Of a DNA stretch of 64,000 nt, positions 42,501-50,255 are shown piece by piece. Under the pieces are notes generated by a model. It was not told where the DNA came from. It searched no databases and saw only the letters and a list, made by a program, of their open reading frames with translations. The stretch comes from Malacoraja senta (Eukaryota), in assembly GCA_038087875.1 (NCBI GenBank), contig CM075989.1, positions 6,510,001 to 6,574,000 of the forward strand, given 5' to 3'. Position numbers and translations under genes: made by a program. Numbering within the stretch: the stretch's first letter is position 1; every line of letters starts with the position of its first letter.

Positions 42501-44002
42501 TGTAAACCTGTACAGATTCTGGAGCCACTTAACAGTCTGCAAGGCAATCCAAGAAAATAAAACTCACTTCACAGCCAATATCAAATTGTGCTAAACCACA
42601 TCTCAAACCAAACCGAACCTTTTATTCCATCATTAATGCAGTCACAAAGTACCAAATGTGAATGTCACATGCTGCAATCTCATTGAAAACAGCATGGTGC
42701 AAGTTATAACTTTCTATGGCATGACTCTGACTCTAGAGGGTTGTTAGTTATGGTGTAAGATCTGGACTCCAGCATTTTGTGTCTAGTTATGGTGTAACAT
42801 TTTGAGAAATGATTTAATTTGCTGTTGCTAATTTAATGATTTAATCCTTCAGATAGATGGAAATGAGGCACGTTTTGGTCACCATAGATAGAGATATAAT
42901 TCTACAAACACCTGTATACCAAGGAATCTGTATTTGGGAAAGCTTTTGAGAGCTGGCCTAGGCTGGGTTTGTTGAGTGGTTTTCTCCATTCATAAGAAAA
43001 TAAAGCAATTTCAGAAACATTTATTGCCCATCACTCACTGCTTGTTGGATCTTTTGAGAGGGCAGTTGACTTGGAATCATGTACAAACCACCCAAACCAT
43101 AAATAAAATGGATGTTTTATTTTATTGTCAATGTGGAAGTTGCAAGATGGAGTCAAGTATACTGTCATATGCACAAGTACGTTGAGGCATGGGCACAATG
43201 AAAATCTAGTTGTAGTTAAAAGGGGGGAAAAAATAGATGTTTTAATTGATAGTGTCTAAACTCTCTGGCTGCCACCTCGATAACACCAGCTGCACATTAT
43301 TAATGCAGTAACTAAACCGTGACAGTATTGTGCATTAATGTACATTAGACATTGATGTAGTGTTCACTGATACATATTCATGTAAATTAGGCATTGATAT
43401 ACATTGTTCACTAACATATATATTAATGTATATTAAGTGTTGATGTACTTTGTTCACTGATATACATTAATATACATTAGGCACAGAAGCATTGTTCACT
43501 GATATACATTGATGTATATCAGACATTGATGTACATTAGTCACTGGTATACATTATTGTACAATAGGTATTGGTGTTGATTAGGCATTGCGTAGTGTATT
43601 AGGCATTGATGTACACTGATGTATCGTGCATTGTACATTAAGCATTGATGTACATTTTTCACTGATATACATTGATGTACAACAGGTATTGTACATTCGA
43701 GCCCGTCGACTCAAAGGGCCTGCTCCTGCACCTATTGTCTATTTATTTTCTATGTATTGGTGTACATTAGACATTGCATTGTAAATTCGGCATTGATGTT
43801 CACTGTGCAATGCCCATTAGACATTGATGCACATTGTTCACTAGTACACATCATTGTACAATAGGCATTGGTGTACATTGGTGTACTCTATGCAGTGTAC
43901 ATTAGGTAGGCATTGATATACATTCAGCCCAGTGACTCCAGTAAATGAAACGCGACTCACAGCACCGCCCAGCTCCTCAAACTCCGCCACAAACTCTTCC
44001 AT
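424..44002 (-). CDS. CTC1: CST complex subunit CTC1, coding exons 1-18 (3' part lies outside the window)
   Basis: The manually spliced product (MEEFVAEFEELGGA|TVKWLQNLYRF...|FVSLCELQSQQKSPCCSHLAWS...|ILKLDLQWLGHLVLFSSWSYIP...|[17 protein letters not shown]...|...LDVYVDLSQLTYTIGILPG) is colinear with remembered human CTC1 motifs (PCCSHLSWS, WLGHLFLFPRWSYLP, GLYELDGQLGLCLAYQQ, HKEALMKRN). All 17 introns are GT-AG and exon phases join without frameshift. Confidence 0.95.
1180..1289 (-). CDS. CTC1: CTC1 exon 17 (FSASLVSFTGIILERMCSE...INAK)
   Basis: SLVSF motif; GTAAGA donor; 110 nt. Confidence 0.92.
1778..1872 (-). CDS. CTC1: CTC1 exon 16 (LSKKQTNIFAYFEKLASEIPHPRTVQDVLSGS)
   Basis: ttgcAG/GTAAGC; supplies the phase 0 to phase 2 bridge needed between exons 15 and 17; 95 nt. 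Confidence 0.82.
1993..2400 (+). mobile_element. HER1/CR1 LINE 3' fragment
   Basis: LGLYSLEFRRTREDLIEMY; gggccgaatggcctaattctactcct tail. Confidence 0.85.
2699..2839 (-). CDS. CTC1: CTC1 exon 15 (GASVFEQHSS...CPRCLVVQPDWKF...QSP)
   Basis: C..CL.VQ..W motif; GTAAGC donor; 141 nt. Confidence 0.92.
3729..3818 (-). CDS. CTC1: CTC1 exon 14 (VQLDFMGEAVRWYHLINHEGVYRVIGPEQV)
   Basis: Resembles human [24 protein letters not shown]; 90 nt. Confidence 0.93.
4330..9650 (+). mobile_element. Ancient decayed retrovirus/LTR-retroelement (pol: RT-RNase H-integrase remnants)
   Basis: Ordered degenerate motifs: DL*LINQYF (5981), QHYCLLLNPWG (~6110), YVDE (6173), FYCRAHQ..D..AAK (7745), H..H zinc-finger region (7964-8074), EILQMDWF (8441), TIE*TCKTILNKVR (8732). 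Boundaries approximate. Confidence 0.6.
9891..10560 (-). CDS. CTC1: CTC1 exon 13 (RVYVECCAGDLQVLG...VTHKDALMLRN...NNRTQ), large exon
   Basis: RVYV start and HKDALM.RN motif; GTAAGT donor; 670 nt open frame. Confidence 0.92.
10565..10845. repeat. About four degenerate tandem copies (60-100 bp) abutting the CTC1 exon 13 acceptor
   Basis: tcaaaataggatttaaaa...ccaatcttgt...gaggggcaggaa repeated. Confidence 0.7.
11740..11972 (+). mobile_element. HER1/CR1 LINE 3' fragment
   Basis: gaagggccgaatggccttctcctgcac tail. Confidence 0.8.
13607..13893 (+). mobile_element. HE1/V-SINE-type SINE
   Basis: Same family as 62-348. Confidence 0.8.
14205..14905 (+). mobile_element. GC-rich non-autonomous retroposon, (ATTATG)n tail
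   Basis: Shares its T/G-rich head and cctacct.g..ggagatgcg segment with 51929-52762; AATAAA followed by a tandem tail. Confidence 0.65.
15228..15503 (-). mobile_element. HE1/V-SINE-type SINE
   Basis: Reverse-complement copy. Confidence 0.85.
15803..15917 (-). CDS. CTC1: CTC1 exon 12 (GCLVQLQNYRVVLERFMHCDFPS...EKHTR)
   Basis: Resembles human GCLVRAERFQLIVER...SFPS; 115 nt. Confidence 0.93.
16190..17340 (+). mobile_element. Decayed CR1 LINE fragment with nested small repeats
   Basis: Remnants of PQESVLGP and QMEFNPDKCK. Confidence 0.65.
18282..18414 (-). CDS. CTC1: CTC1 exon 11 (ILNGVFQANSVTGHLQLVDASGSLDCV...)
   Basis: Resembles human GCLQLRDQSGSLPC; ttccAG/GTAAG; 133 nt. Confidence 0.93.
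18964..19180 (-). mobile_element. HE1/V-SINE-type SINE (partial)
   Basis: Reverse-complement copy. Confidence 0.75.
19345..20060. mobile_element. Penelope-derived element with inverted terminal units carrying a hammerhead-like motif
   Basis: 19361-19449 and 19755-19845 are inverted copies around a C/T-rich spacer. Confidence 0.7.
20677..20957 (-). mobile_element. HE1/V-SINE-type SINE inserted in a decayed CR1
   Basis: Reverse-complement copy. Confidence 0.85.
21600..22050 (-). mobile_element. Rex1-type LINE 3' fragment
   Basis: IIKDPHHPGHTLISPLPSGRRYRSLKS; same family as 45228-46580. Confidence 0.85.
22285..22825 (+). mobile_element. Rex1-type LINE 3' fragment
   Basis: LQRIVDAAQTIT...IIKDESHPGHSLFAPLPSGKRYR plus 3' UTR ending gacaataaactaaa. 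Confidence 0.85.
22909..23109 (-). CDS. CTC1: CTC1 exon 10 (ISHLNIPCQMPSLAEL...QLNSKLAWS...FQPQM)
   Basis: QLN..LAWS motif; 201 nt. Confidence 0.93.
23232..23662 (+). mobile_element. HER1/CR1 LINE 3' fragment
   Basis: Near copy of 1993-2400. Confidence 0.85.
24862..25036 (-). CDS. CTC1: CTC1 exon 9 (FCPCYTSQQHML...RDIYQEILAEMHKCPVME)
   Basis: R...EIL...H.CP motif; 175 nt. Confidence 0.93.
25966..26378 (+). mobile_element. CR1 LINE 3' fragment
   Basis: ESRTRGHRFKVKGKRFNRNLRGNIFTQ. Confidence 0.85.
26680..26906 (-). CDS. CTC1: CTC1 exon 8 (VFDAHVHVK...CCLRS...LDLPSYLW...FVQR)
   Basis: CLR and LP.YLW motifs; 227 nt. Confidence 0.93.
28925..29053 (-). CDS. CTC1: CTC1 exon 7 ([28 protein letters not shown]...GAQVE)
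   Basis: GLYELDG motif; absent from the ORF track; 129 nt. Confidence 0.95.
30569..30886 (-). CDS. CTC1: CTC1 exon 6 (VPDKLMWHQCLEV...KIISYH)
   Basis: Resembles human VPAQLVWHRAL; GTGAGT donor; 318 nt. Confidence 0.93.
33505..33862 (+). mobile_element. HER1/CR1 LINE 3' fragment
   Basis: Same family as 1993-2400. Confidence 0.8.
34836..34977 (-). CDS. CTC1: CTC1 exon 5 (VHRQRVKLNIAGELCRLS...PVVIK)
   Basis: Phase-consistent, AG/GT boundaries; 142 nt. Confidence 0.9.
35590..35865 (+). mobile_element. HE1/V-SINE-type SINE
   Basis: tggcgcagtggtaga A-box and ggttcgatcc B-box, then V core. Confidence 0.85.
35870..36055 (-). mobile_element. Penelope-like element fragment (GIY-YIG C-terminus and pyrimidine-rich 3' region)
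   Basis: Translates FLLGSLQPRGMNI, matching the typical PLE ORF end (FRLGSLQP.GMNI). Confidence 0.7.
36096..36319 (-). CDS. CTC1: CTC1 exon 4 (ILKLDLQWLGHLVLFSSWSYIP...LLNK)
   Basis: WLGHL.LF..WSY motif; GTAAG donor; 224 nt. Confidence 0.95.
37084..37930 (+). mobile_element. HE1-type SINE interrupted by an antisense HER1/CR1 3' fragment (about 37293-37826)
   Basis: SINE body resumes at gcaaaagtgggataac after the LINE piece (MFPMLGESRTRGHSLRIRGRPFRTE). Confidence 0.8.
38158..39165 (-). mobile_element. L2-clade LINE, 5'-truncated RT fragment
   Basis: HGICFHCYADDSQLY...WMAQNILQLNESKSE...FISSRLDYCNSLYTG...LQLVQNAAARLLT; (ATTG)n tail. Confidence 0.92.
39579..39843 (-). CDS. CTC1: CTC1 exon 3 (FVSLCELQSQQKSPCCSHLAWS...GFIPCE)
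   Basis: Conserved PCCSHL.WS motif; AG/GT boundaries; 265 nt. Confidence 0.95.
39975..40283 (-). mobile_element. HE1/V-SINE-type SINE (full length)
   Basis: Reverse-complement copy with intact head. Confidence 0.85.
41000..41280 (+). mobile_element. Rex1-type LINE 3' UTR fragment
   Basis: Nearly identical to 22560-22825. Confidence 0.75.
42352..42536 (-). CDS. CTC1: CTC1 exon 2 (TVKWLQNLYRFTEENLLP...LLNYR)
   Basis: ttgcAG acceptor, GTattg donor, 185 nt. Confidence 0.9.
43320..43925. repeat. Degenerate AT-rich tandem repeat (cattgatgta-like unit) at the start of CTC1 intron 1
   Basis: Many copies of cattgatgtacattgttcactgatata variants. Confidence 0.75.
43961..44002 (-). CDS. CTC1: CTC1 coding exon 1 (MEEFVAEFEELGGA)
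   Basis: ggcATGg start context; donor GTGAGT; phase 0 joins exon 2. Confidence 0.8.
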
Positions 44003-44040
44003 GCCCCTTAAAGCTTTAACCGTGGGACATCCAGTGTAAT

Positions 44041-44051
44041 GAGGCCGGGGA

Positions 44052-44087
<36 letters not shown>

Positions 44088-44472
44088 CCGGGGAGAGAGA
44101 GGGTGCGGGAGGCCGGAGAGAGGGAGGGAGAGGGAGGCCGAGGCCGAGGACGGAGAGCGGGGGAGAGAGCGGGAGGCCGGAGAGAGCGGGAGCGGGAGGC
44201 CGGAGAGAGGGAGGGAGAGGGAGCGGGAGCGGGAGGCCGGAGGGAGAGGGAGCGGGAGCGGGAGGCCGAGGCCGAGGACGGAGAGCGGGGGAGAGAGCGG
44301 GAGGCCGGAGAGCGGGAGAGAGAGGGAGTGGGGACGGGAGGCCGGAGAGGGAGCGGGAGGCCGGGGAGAGGGAGAGAGAGGGAGCGGGAGGCCGGAGAGC
44401 TGGTGAGAGGGAGCGGGAGGCCGGAGAGCGGGAGGCCGGAGAGCTGGTGAGAGAGGGAGCGGGAGGCCGAGG
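44041..44472. repeat. Purine-rich (GA)n / GAGCGGGAGGCCGGA minisatellite upstream of the CTC1 ATG
   Basis: Direct tandem repeats; plus strand almost free of T. Confidence 0.9.
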
Positions 44473-44479
44473 ACGGCTG

Positions 44480-44600
44480 AAACCCGCGCTCCCACAGGCC
44501 GCGCCCGGCTCCAGCCAATGAGCGGCCAGCCGGCAGGAGCCCCGCCCACACGCGTCACTCAAACCAACATGAGACGTAACCGAGTCAAACGTCATTACGT
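44480..44600 (-). promoter_or_regulatory. Probable CTC1 core promoter (CCAAT box at 44515, GC box CCCGCCC at 44541, CRE-like ACGTCA motifs)
   Basis: CpG-rich segment about 500 nt upstream of the ATG with clustered NF-Y, Sp and CRE-type motifs. Confidence 0.5.
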
Positions 44601-44643
44601 CACCCATTCCTTCCCCAGCGATGCTGCCCGTCCCGCTGAGTTA

Positions 44644-45225
44644 TGGCCCTGTCCCACGGGCAGGCGGTTACTGGCGGTGAAGCGCGGCGTCGCCGGAAGC
44701 GGGGACCGCGCGGCTACCGCGGGAGCGCGGCACGGATGCCGCGCCGGGGCCGAGTGATCTCCATACGGCAGGTCCCACGAGCTTGCGGTAAGTAAAAACA
44801 AATTAAACCTTACCAGAAGCTGTTGCCGCGCGTATGCCGGGTGATCACCGCACGGCCTGTCCCACGAGCGCGGCGTCGGGTGATGACGACATCGCGCAAT
44901 GCAACGCACTATCCGGTGACGTCAATTCGGCTCGCAGCGCTGTGGCGGTGCTAGTGGTGCTCACGGCGCACTGGCGGCGGCTGTGGCGGTGCTCATGCCG
45001 CACTGGCGGCGGCTGTGGCGGTGCTCGTGCTCACTGGCATTTTTTAACGTTGTCGACTTTTTGTGAGCACCGTGCGGTGTTGGGACCAACACCGCACAGT
45101 CCCGGCAGTGTGCGTGGGACCGACCCCGCGGGCCATGCGCGGTCTCTGGCGGTCCACGAGCGGTCCCAACTTCCTGCTTCACCGCCAGTAACCGCCAGTA
45201 ACCGCATACCCTTGAGACAGGCCTT
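44644..45225. mobile_element. MITE with terminal inverted repeats (probable PIF/Harbinger type)
   Basis: Left ggccctgtcccacggg..gcggttactggcggtgaagc is the near reverse complement of right gcttcaccgccagtaaccgc...cccttgagacaggcc; TWA-like flanks. Confidence 0.7.
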
Positions 45226-45227
45226 TA

Positions 45228-46580
45228 ACTCAAGTCAAGTCAAGAGAGTTTATCGTCATGTGTCCCAGATAGGATAATGACATGCTTGCTTGCTGCAGCA
45301 CAACAGAGTATTGTAAGCAAAACTACAGAACCGTTCAGTTCAATATACACATAAATAAGCAGATAAAGTGCAATAGGCTGTTACAGTTCAGAGACCTCTT
45401 CTTCTTCTTCTTTTGTGTGGCGTGCACAGCCTAAAGTTGTTGGACAACTTGTTCTATTTGATCTTCCGTTTGTGCACGTCGAGTTCATTGCATTAGTCGA
45501 AACAGGGCGGACCACGTGAAGGTTGCAATCTTCCACCCCGTTCAGAGTCTGTTTGTTGGCCGGTTTAATAGCCTGATGGCTGTGGGGAAGTAGCTGTTCC
45601 TGAACCTGGATGTAACAGATTTCAGGCTCCTGTACCTTCTGCCCGATGGTAGCGGAGAGATGAGTGTGTGGCCAGGATGGTGTGGGTCCTTGATGATGTT
45701 GGCTGCCTTTTTGAGACTGCGATAGATCCCTTCGATGGTAGGGAGGTCAGAGCCGATGATGGACTGGGCAGTGGTTACAACTTTCTGCATCCTTTTCTGC
45801 TCCTGGACACTCAGGTTGCCGAACCAAGCCACAATGCAACCAGTCAGCATGCTCCCTACTGTGCACCTGTAGAAGTTCGAGAGAGTCCTCTTTGACATAC
45901 CGACTGTCCGTAATCTTCTCAGGAAGTAGAGGCACTGATGTGCTTACTTTATAATTGCATCAGTGTGCTGGGACCAGGAAAGATCTTCGGAAATGTGCAC
46001 GCCCAGGAATTTGAAGTTCTTGACCCTTTCCACCATCGTCCCGTTGATGTAAACGGGATTGTGGGTCCCGGTGCAGGCTCAAAGGGCCGAATGGCCTACT
46101 CCTGCACCTATTTTCTATGTTTCTATCCTACCCCTTCCAAAGTCCACAATCAGTTCCTTGGTTTTGCTGGTGTTGAGAGCCAGGTTATTGTGTTGGCACC
46201 ATTTCGTCAATCGGTCGATCTCACTTCTATACTCTGACTCGTCCCCATCAGTGATTCGTCCCACAACAGTGGTATCGTCGGTGAACTTGATGATGGAGTT
46301 TGCACTATGTCCGGCTACGCAGTCATAAGTATAGAGTGAGTAAAGCAGGGGGCTGAGCACGCAGCCTTGAGGTGCTCCCGTGCTGATTGTTATCGAGCAT
46401 GACACATTTCCACCAATACGGACAGACTGTGGTCTGTGGATGAGGAAGTCGAGGATCCAATTGCAAAGGGATGCGCAGAGACCCAGATCTGAGAGCTTGG
46501 TAACCAGCTTGGAGGGGATGATTGTGTTAAATGCCAAGCTGTAGTCAATGAATAACAGCCTGACATATGAGTGCTGGAGA
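45228..46580 (-). mobile_element. Rex1/Babar-clade LINE, 5'-truncated RT fragment with small nested insertions
   Basis: [18 protein letters not shown]...[18 protein letters not shown]...[10 protein letters not shown]...[13 protein letters not shown]; 3' LPSGRRYRS...RNSYFPTAIRLLN; (TTGAC)n tail. Confidence 0.92.
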
Positions 46581-46999
46581 ATATGACACAAAAATGCTGG
46601 AGAAACTCAGCGGGTGCAGCAGCATCTATGGAGCGAAGGAAATAGGCAACGTTTCGGGCCAAAACCTTTTTGTTGTCCACTTTGTTGTACTCCAGCATTT
46701 TGTGTCTACAACAATCAAATGGCTTGCTTGTAGCAACACCACAGAACATGTCACAGAAACATGCTAACATGCGTTTATATATTACATTTATGATATATAT
46801 AAATGATTTGTGATATATATCATAAATGTCATATTTATACATTTTGTCTTCAATTTTCATTTTACACATTTTAGAGGGGAGATTTAAAGACAGTTTAATT
46901 TAATTTAAAGAAAAAAAAATTGCATCATTTTAAAATGTCAGACAATTGGTTAAGTATTAAAATACTAATTGAACTAAATGTTGCAAGTTCCCGGTGTAA

Positions 47000-47600
47000 A
47001 TGGGGAGGGGCGTGGCGACACTGTGAGGGGCGTGGGGTCTGACCAATGGGAGGTAGGAGACCAATGGCTGGAGAGGAGGGCGGGGAATAGGGGTGATCGA
47101 CACCTCGCTGGACCAATGGGAGCTGGTTATCCGGGGGAGCGCGGGCGGAGAACCAATGGGAGGTTGGCGTGGGCGGGGAATGATGATGACCGACAACTGT
47201 ACGGACCAATAGGAGGTGGGTGTGATATCCCGCTCGACCAATAGAAGCGAGTTGTGAGCGGGATATGCTGACGATCGGCACCGCGGTGGACCAATGGGAG
47301 TCGGACATAGGCGGGGATTGTAGGTGACAGACATCTTGCTGGACCAATGGGTGATGGGAGTAGGCGGGGAATAATGACGACAGTCACCCCAGTGGCCCAA
47401 TGGTGACGGAGGGCGGGGAATGGCGATGATCGACATTTCCCTGGACCAATGGGAGCTGGGTGCGGGCGGGGCTTGGACGTGAGTCAATGGTAGCCGGGCG
47501 TGGGCGGGATATAGCGGAGATGGACAGCGCGCTGGGCCAATGGGTGAGGAATGTGGGCGGTCCAGTGACGGGGGCGGGGGCGGGGACTATCCGCCCAGTG
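47000..47600 (+). promoter_or_regulatory. FAM174B-like promoter/CpG island with a tandem CCAAT + GC-box array
   Basis: 11 same-orientation CCAAT boxes, most followed by GGCGGGG, directly upstream of exon 1. Confidence 0.7.
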
Positions 47601-47652
47601 TGACGGGTCTCTAGGAGGACGGATGGACGGACGGCGGCTCGAGCCGGTAACC

Positions 47653-47954
47653 ATGGCCCGAGCATCTGCCCGGGTCGCCATGTGTCGCTGCCTCTACCCG
47701 CTGGCCCTGCTCTTGCTACTGGCGGTGCAGCCGCTGCCCGTGCCGGCCGCCATGTCCGTCACCGACCTCCCGCCGCCCCACAACCCATCCGCGCCGCCCG
47801 GGGCCCACGGCAACGCCACCACCACCGCCCAAGCCTCGTCCGTCGCCACCGTCCTCGCCATGCTGCGACACTACCCCGCCCTCGAGGGGCTGGTGCTCGC
47901 CTCCTGCGCCGGGGCGCTGCTGATCGTCGTCTGTCTGATGGTCAAAGTGTTCAG
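47653..47954 (+). CDS. FAM174B: FAM174B-like membrane protein, exon 1 (signal peptide, Pro/Thr-rich ectodomain with NAT sequon, TM helix)
   Basis: accATGg Kozak at 47653 (alternative gccATG at 47680); LALLLLLAV signal; TM LVLASCAGALLIVVCLMVKVFR; donor AG|GTGACT; CpG-rich. Confidence 0.85.
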
Positions 47955-47957
47955 GTG

Positions 47958-48500
47958 ACTGGGGGGAGGGGTGTGGGGGCAGAGGGAGACGGGGGGGAGG
48001 GGTGTGGGGGCAGGGGGAGACGGGGGGGTGGGGGGGGTCAGGGGGGAGACGGTGGGGTGGGGGGGGGTCAGGGGGAGACGGTGGGGTGGGGGGGTGGGGG
48101 GGTCAGGGGGAGACGGTGGGGTGTGGGGGGTGGGGGGGTCAGGGGGAGACGGTGGGGTGTGGGGGGTGGGGGGGTCAGGGGGAGACGGTGGGGTGTGGGG
48201 GGTGGGGGGGTCAGGGGGGAGACGGTGGGGTGGGGGGGTTAGGGGGGAGACGGTGGGGTGGGGTGGGGGGTCAGGGGGAGACGGTGGGGTGGGGGGGTCA
48301 GGGGGGAGACGGTGGGGTGGGGGAGGCAGGGGGGAGACGGTGGGGTGGGGTGGCAGGGGGAGACGGTGGGGTGGGGGGTCAGGGGGGAGACGATGGGGTG
48401 GGGTGGGGGGTCAGGGGGAGACGGTGGCGTGGGGGGGTCAGGGGGGAGACGATGGGGTGGGGGGTCAGGGGGGAGACGGTGGGGTGGGGGGGGGGGTGGC
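47958..48500. repeat. G-rich minisatellite (GGGGGAGACGGTGGGGTGGGGGGGTCA)n in FAM174B-like intron 1
   Basis: Tandem units of about 27-35 bp with G4-competent G-runs. Confidence 0.9.
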
Positions 48501-50041
48501 ATCAGGGTAAGGGGTGTGCGATCAGGGGAGAGGTTGTAGGGTCAGGGTGGGGGCGAGGGGAGAGTAGGGTGTAGTATAAATGGGATAGAGGGATAAGAGG
48601 TAAGGAGTGACCAGGGGAGAGGGGTGTGGGATCAGGGGAGGATGAAGGGCTGTGGGGTAAGGAGAGGGAGGGGGGGGGGGTGTGGAGGTGGGATCAGGGG
48701 AGAGTGGTTGTGGGAGAGAGAAGGATGAGATGTAAGGTGTGGTACACAAAAATGCTGGAGAAACTCAGCGGGTACAGCAGAATCTATGGAGCGAAGGAAA
48801 TGGGCAACGTTTCGGGCCGAAACCCTTCAGACTGGTTTACACTAACAGATGTAAGGTGTGATCAGGAGTGGAGATGTTATGGAAAGGGCGTGTAAGGTAT
48901 AAACAGGAGCAGGAGTGAGGTTTTAAGTTATGTGGAAAGGATGAAGAAGGAAATATTGACCTTGGGGGCCTTGACATCTGTACACTTGCATGCCTGTGGT
49001 GAAGTATTTTTTGAATGATCAGTAAGGTAGTGTTACTGTAAAGCAAATTATACCAGCTGCAGACGAGTGAGGGAAAAGAGATCTAGAGAAACAAAAACAT
49101 TTAAAACTTAAAATGTTGATTAAAAAAACCCAATTGATGTTACAATACAGCTCCTTTTATTGGCGAGTTTGTGATTATAGTATGACAAGTTTCTAATGCA
49201 CACTCAAAGACATTTGTAATTTGGCCATGAAAGATTAGTGAATAAGGGTTACAACAGAATAAAAAGACATAATTTGTTGTACACTTGCATGTCACCTGTT
49301 GGAAGGATGAGTTTCGTTTATGATAACATGTACCGTGTACAGTGAAAAGCTTGTGTGCTAACCAGTCAGCGGAAAGACAATACTTAATTACAGTCGAGCA
49401 ATCCACAGTGTACAGATACATGATTCTATATCTGAACGAGGCAGCAATAAGTCGGAACCTGAAAGATTTACACAAGGTAGCAGTTAGTCAAAAGTGTTCT
49501 TCTCTAGGTCATGGTTTACTTTAAGCTGGGTGTGGTGTTGGTACGTTTAAATTACGAGGCTAGTCACCCCGAGCCTTGAACAGACGATTCAGAAACACAA
49601 TTCCAATTTGCCATAATGGCAGGGGATAGTAACAAATGCTAGCCTTGCAGGTTAGTCTTGATCTCCAAAAGTAACAAAAAATATTTGTGTTCATTATGAA
49701 TTGGCTATGAGCAGCAGACTTTAAACATTTGGAAGTTCTTTCCGGGTGTAATCAAGATGCAGTTTTACCACTGTGCTCTTGACACATCCCTCGGCATCTG
49801 TTCTGTTTGGTTCTAAGAATGTATTGCCACACCTGTTAATGTTCCAATATCGTTCCCACCTTTGTTTCAAATGGGTGACTCGTGCTATACCTGTGAATCA
49901 TGGTTGAAAGTGAGGTTCAGAGCGCATCAATTCAGGTCAACTTATTTTGATAATTGAAATATCACGCTTCTTATCTCTTCTTTTGTTCCCCAAATGTGTG
50001 TGCTTTCATGACACTTTTTTAAAGAAGCAGCACTATTTAAT

Positions 50042-50255
50042 ATGTAGATAGACACGAAAAGCTGGAGTAATTCAGCGGGACAGGCAGCATCTCTGGAGAG
50101 ATGGAATGGGTGATGTTTCGGGTTGATGCCCTTCTGAAGGGTCTCGACCTGAAACTTAACCCATTCCTTCTCTCCAGTGATGCAGCCTGTCCCGCTGTTA
50201 CTCCAGCTTTTTGGGTCTATCTTCGGTTTAAACCAGCATCTGCAGTTCCTTCCTA
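50042..50255. mobile_element. Palindromic Penelope-derived unit flanked by an 11-bp direct repeat
   Basis: Inverted arms meet near 50134; cactatttaat at 50031 and 50256. Confidence 0.75.

Noticed and set aside
43841..44757. Long Pro/Ser/Arg/Gly-rich ORFs on both strands
   Set aside because: Translations of the GA-rich minisatellite; only the 14-codon CTC1 exon 1 is supported.
47041..47545. CRISPR-like repeat-spacer appearance
   Set aside because: Eukaryotic locus; repeats are degenerate, spacers are related to each other, and there are no cas genes.
46925..47681. Minus-strand ORFs of 65-176 aa over the promoter array
   Set aside because: Repetitive translations (SHWS/PIG units) of the CCAAT array in GC-rich DNA.
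47971..48574. Gly-rich 179-190 aa ORFs
   Set aside because: Artefacts of the G-rich tandem repeat in intron 1.
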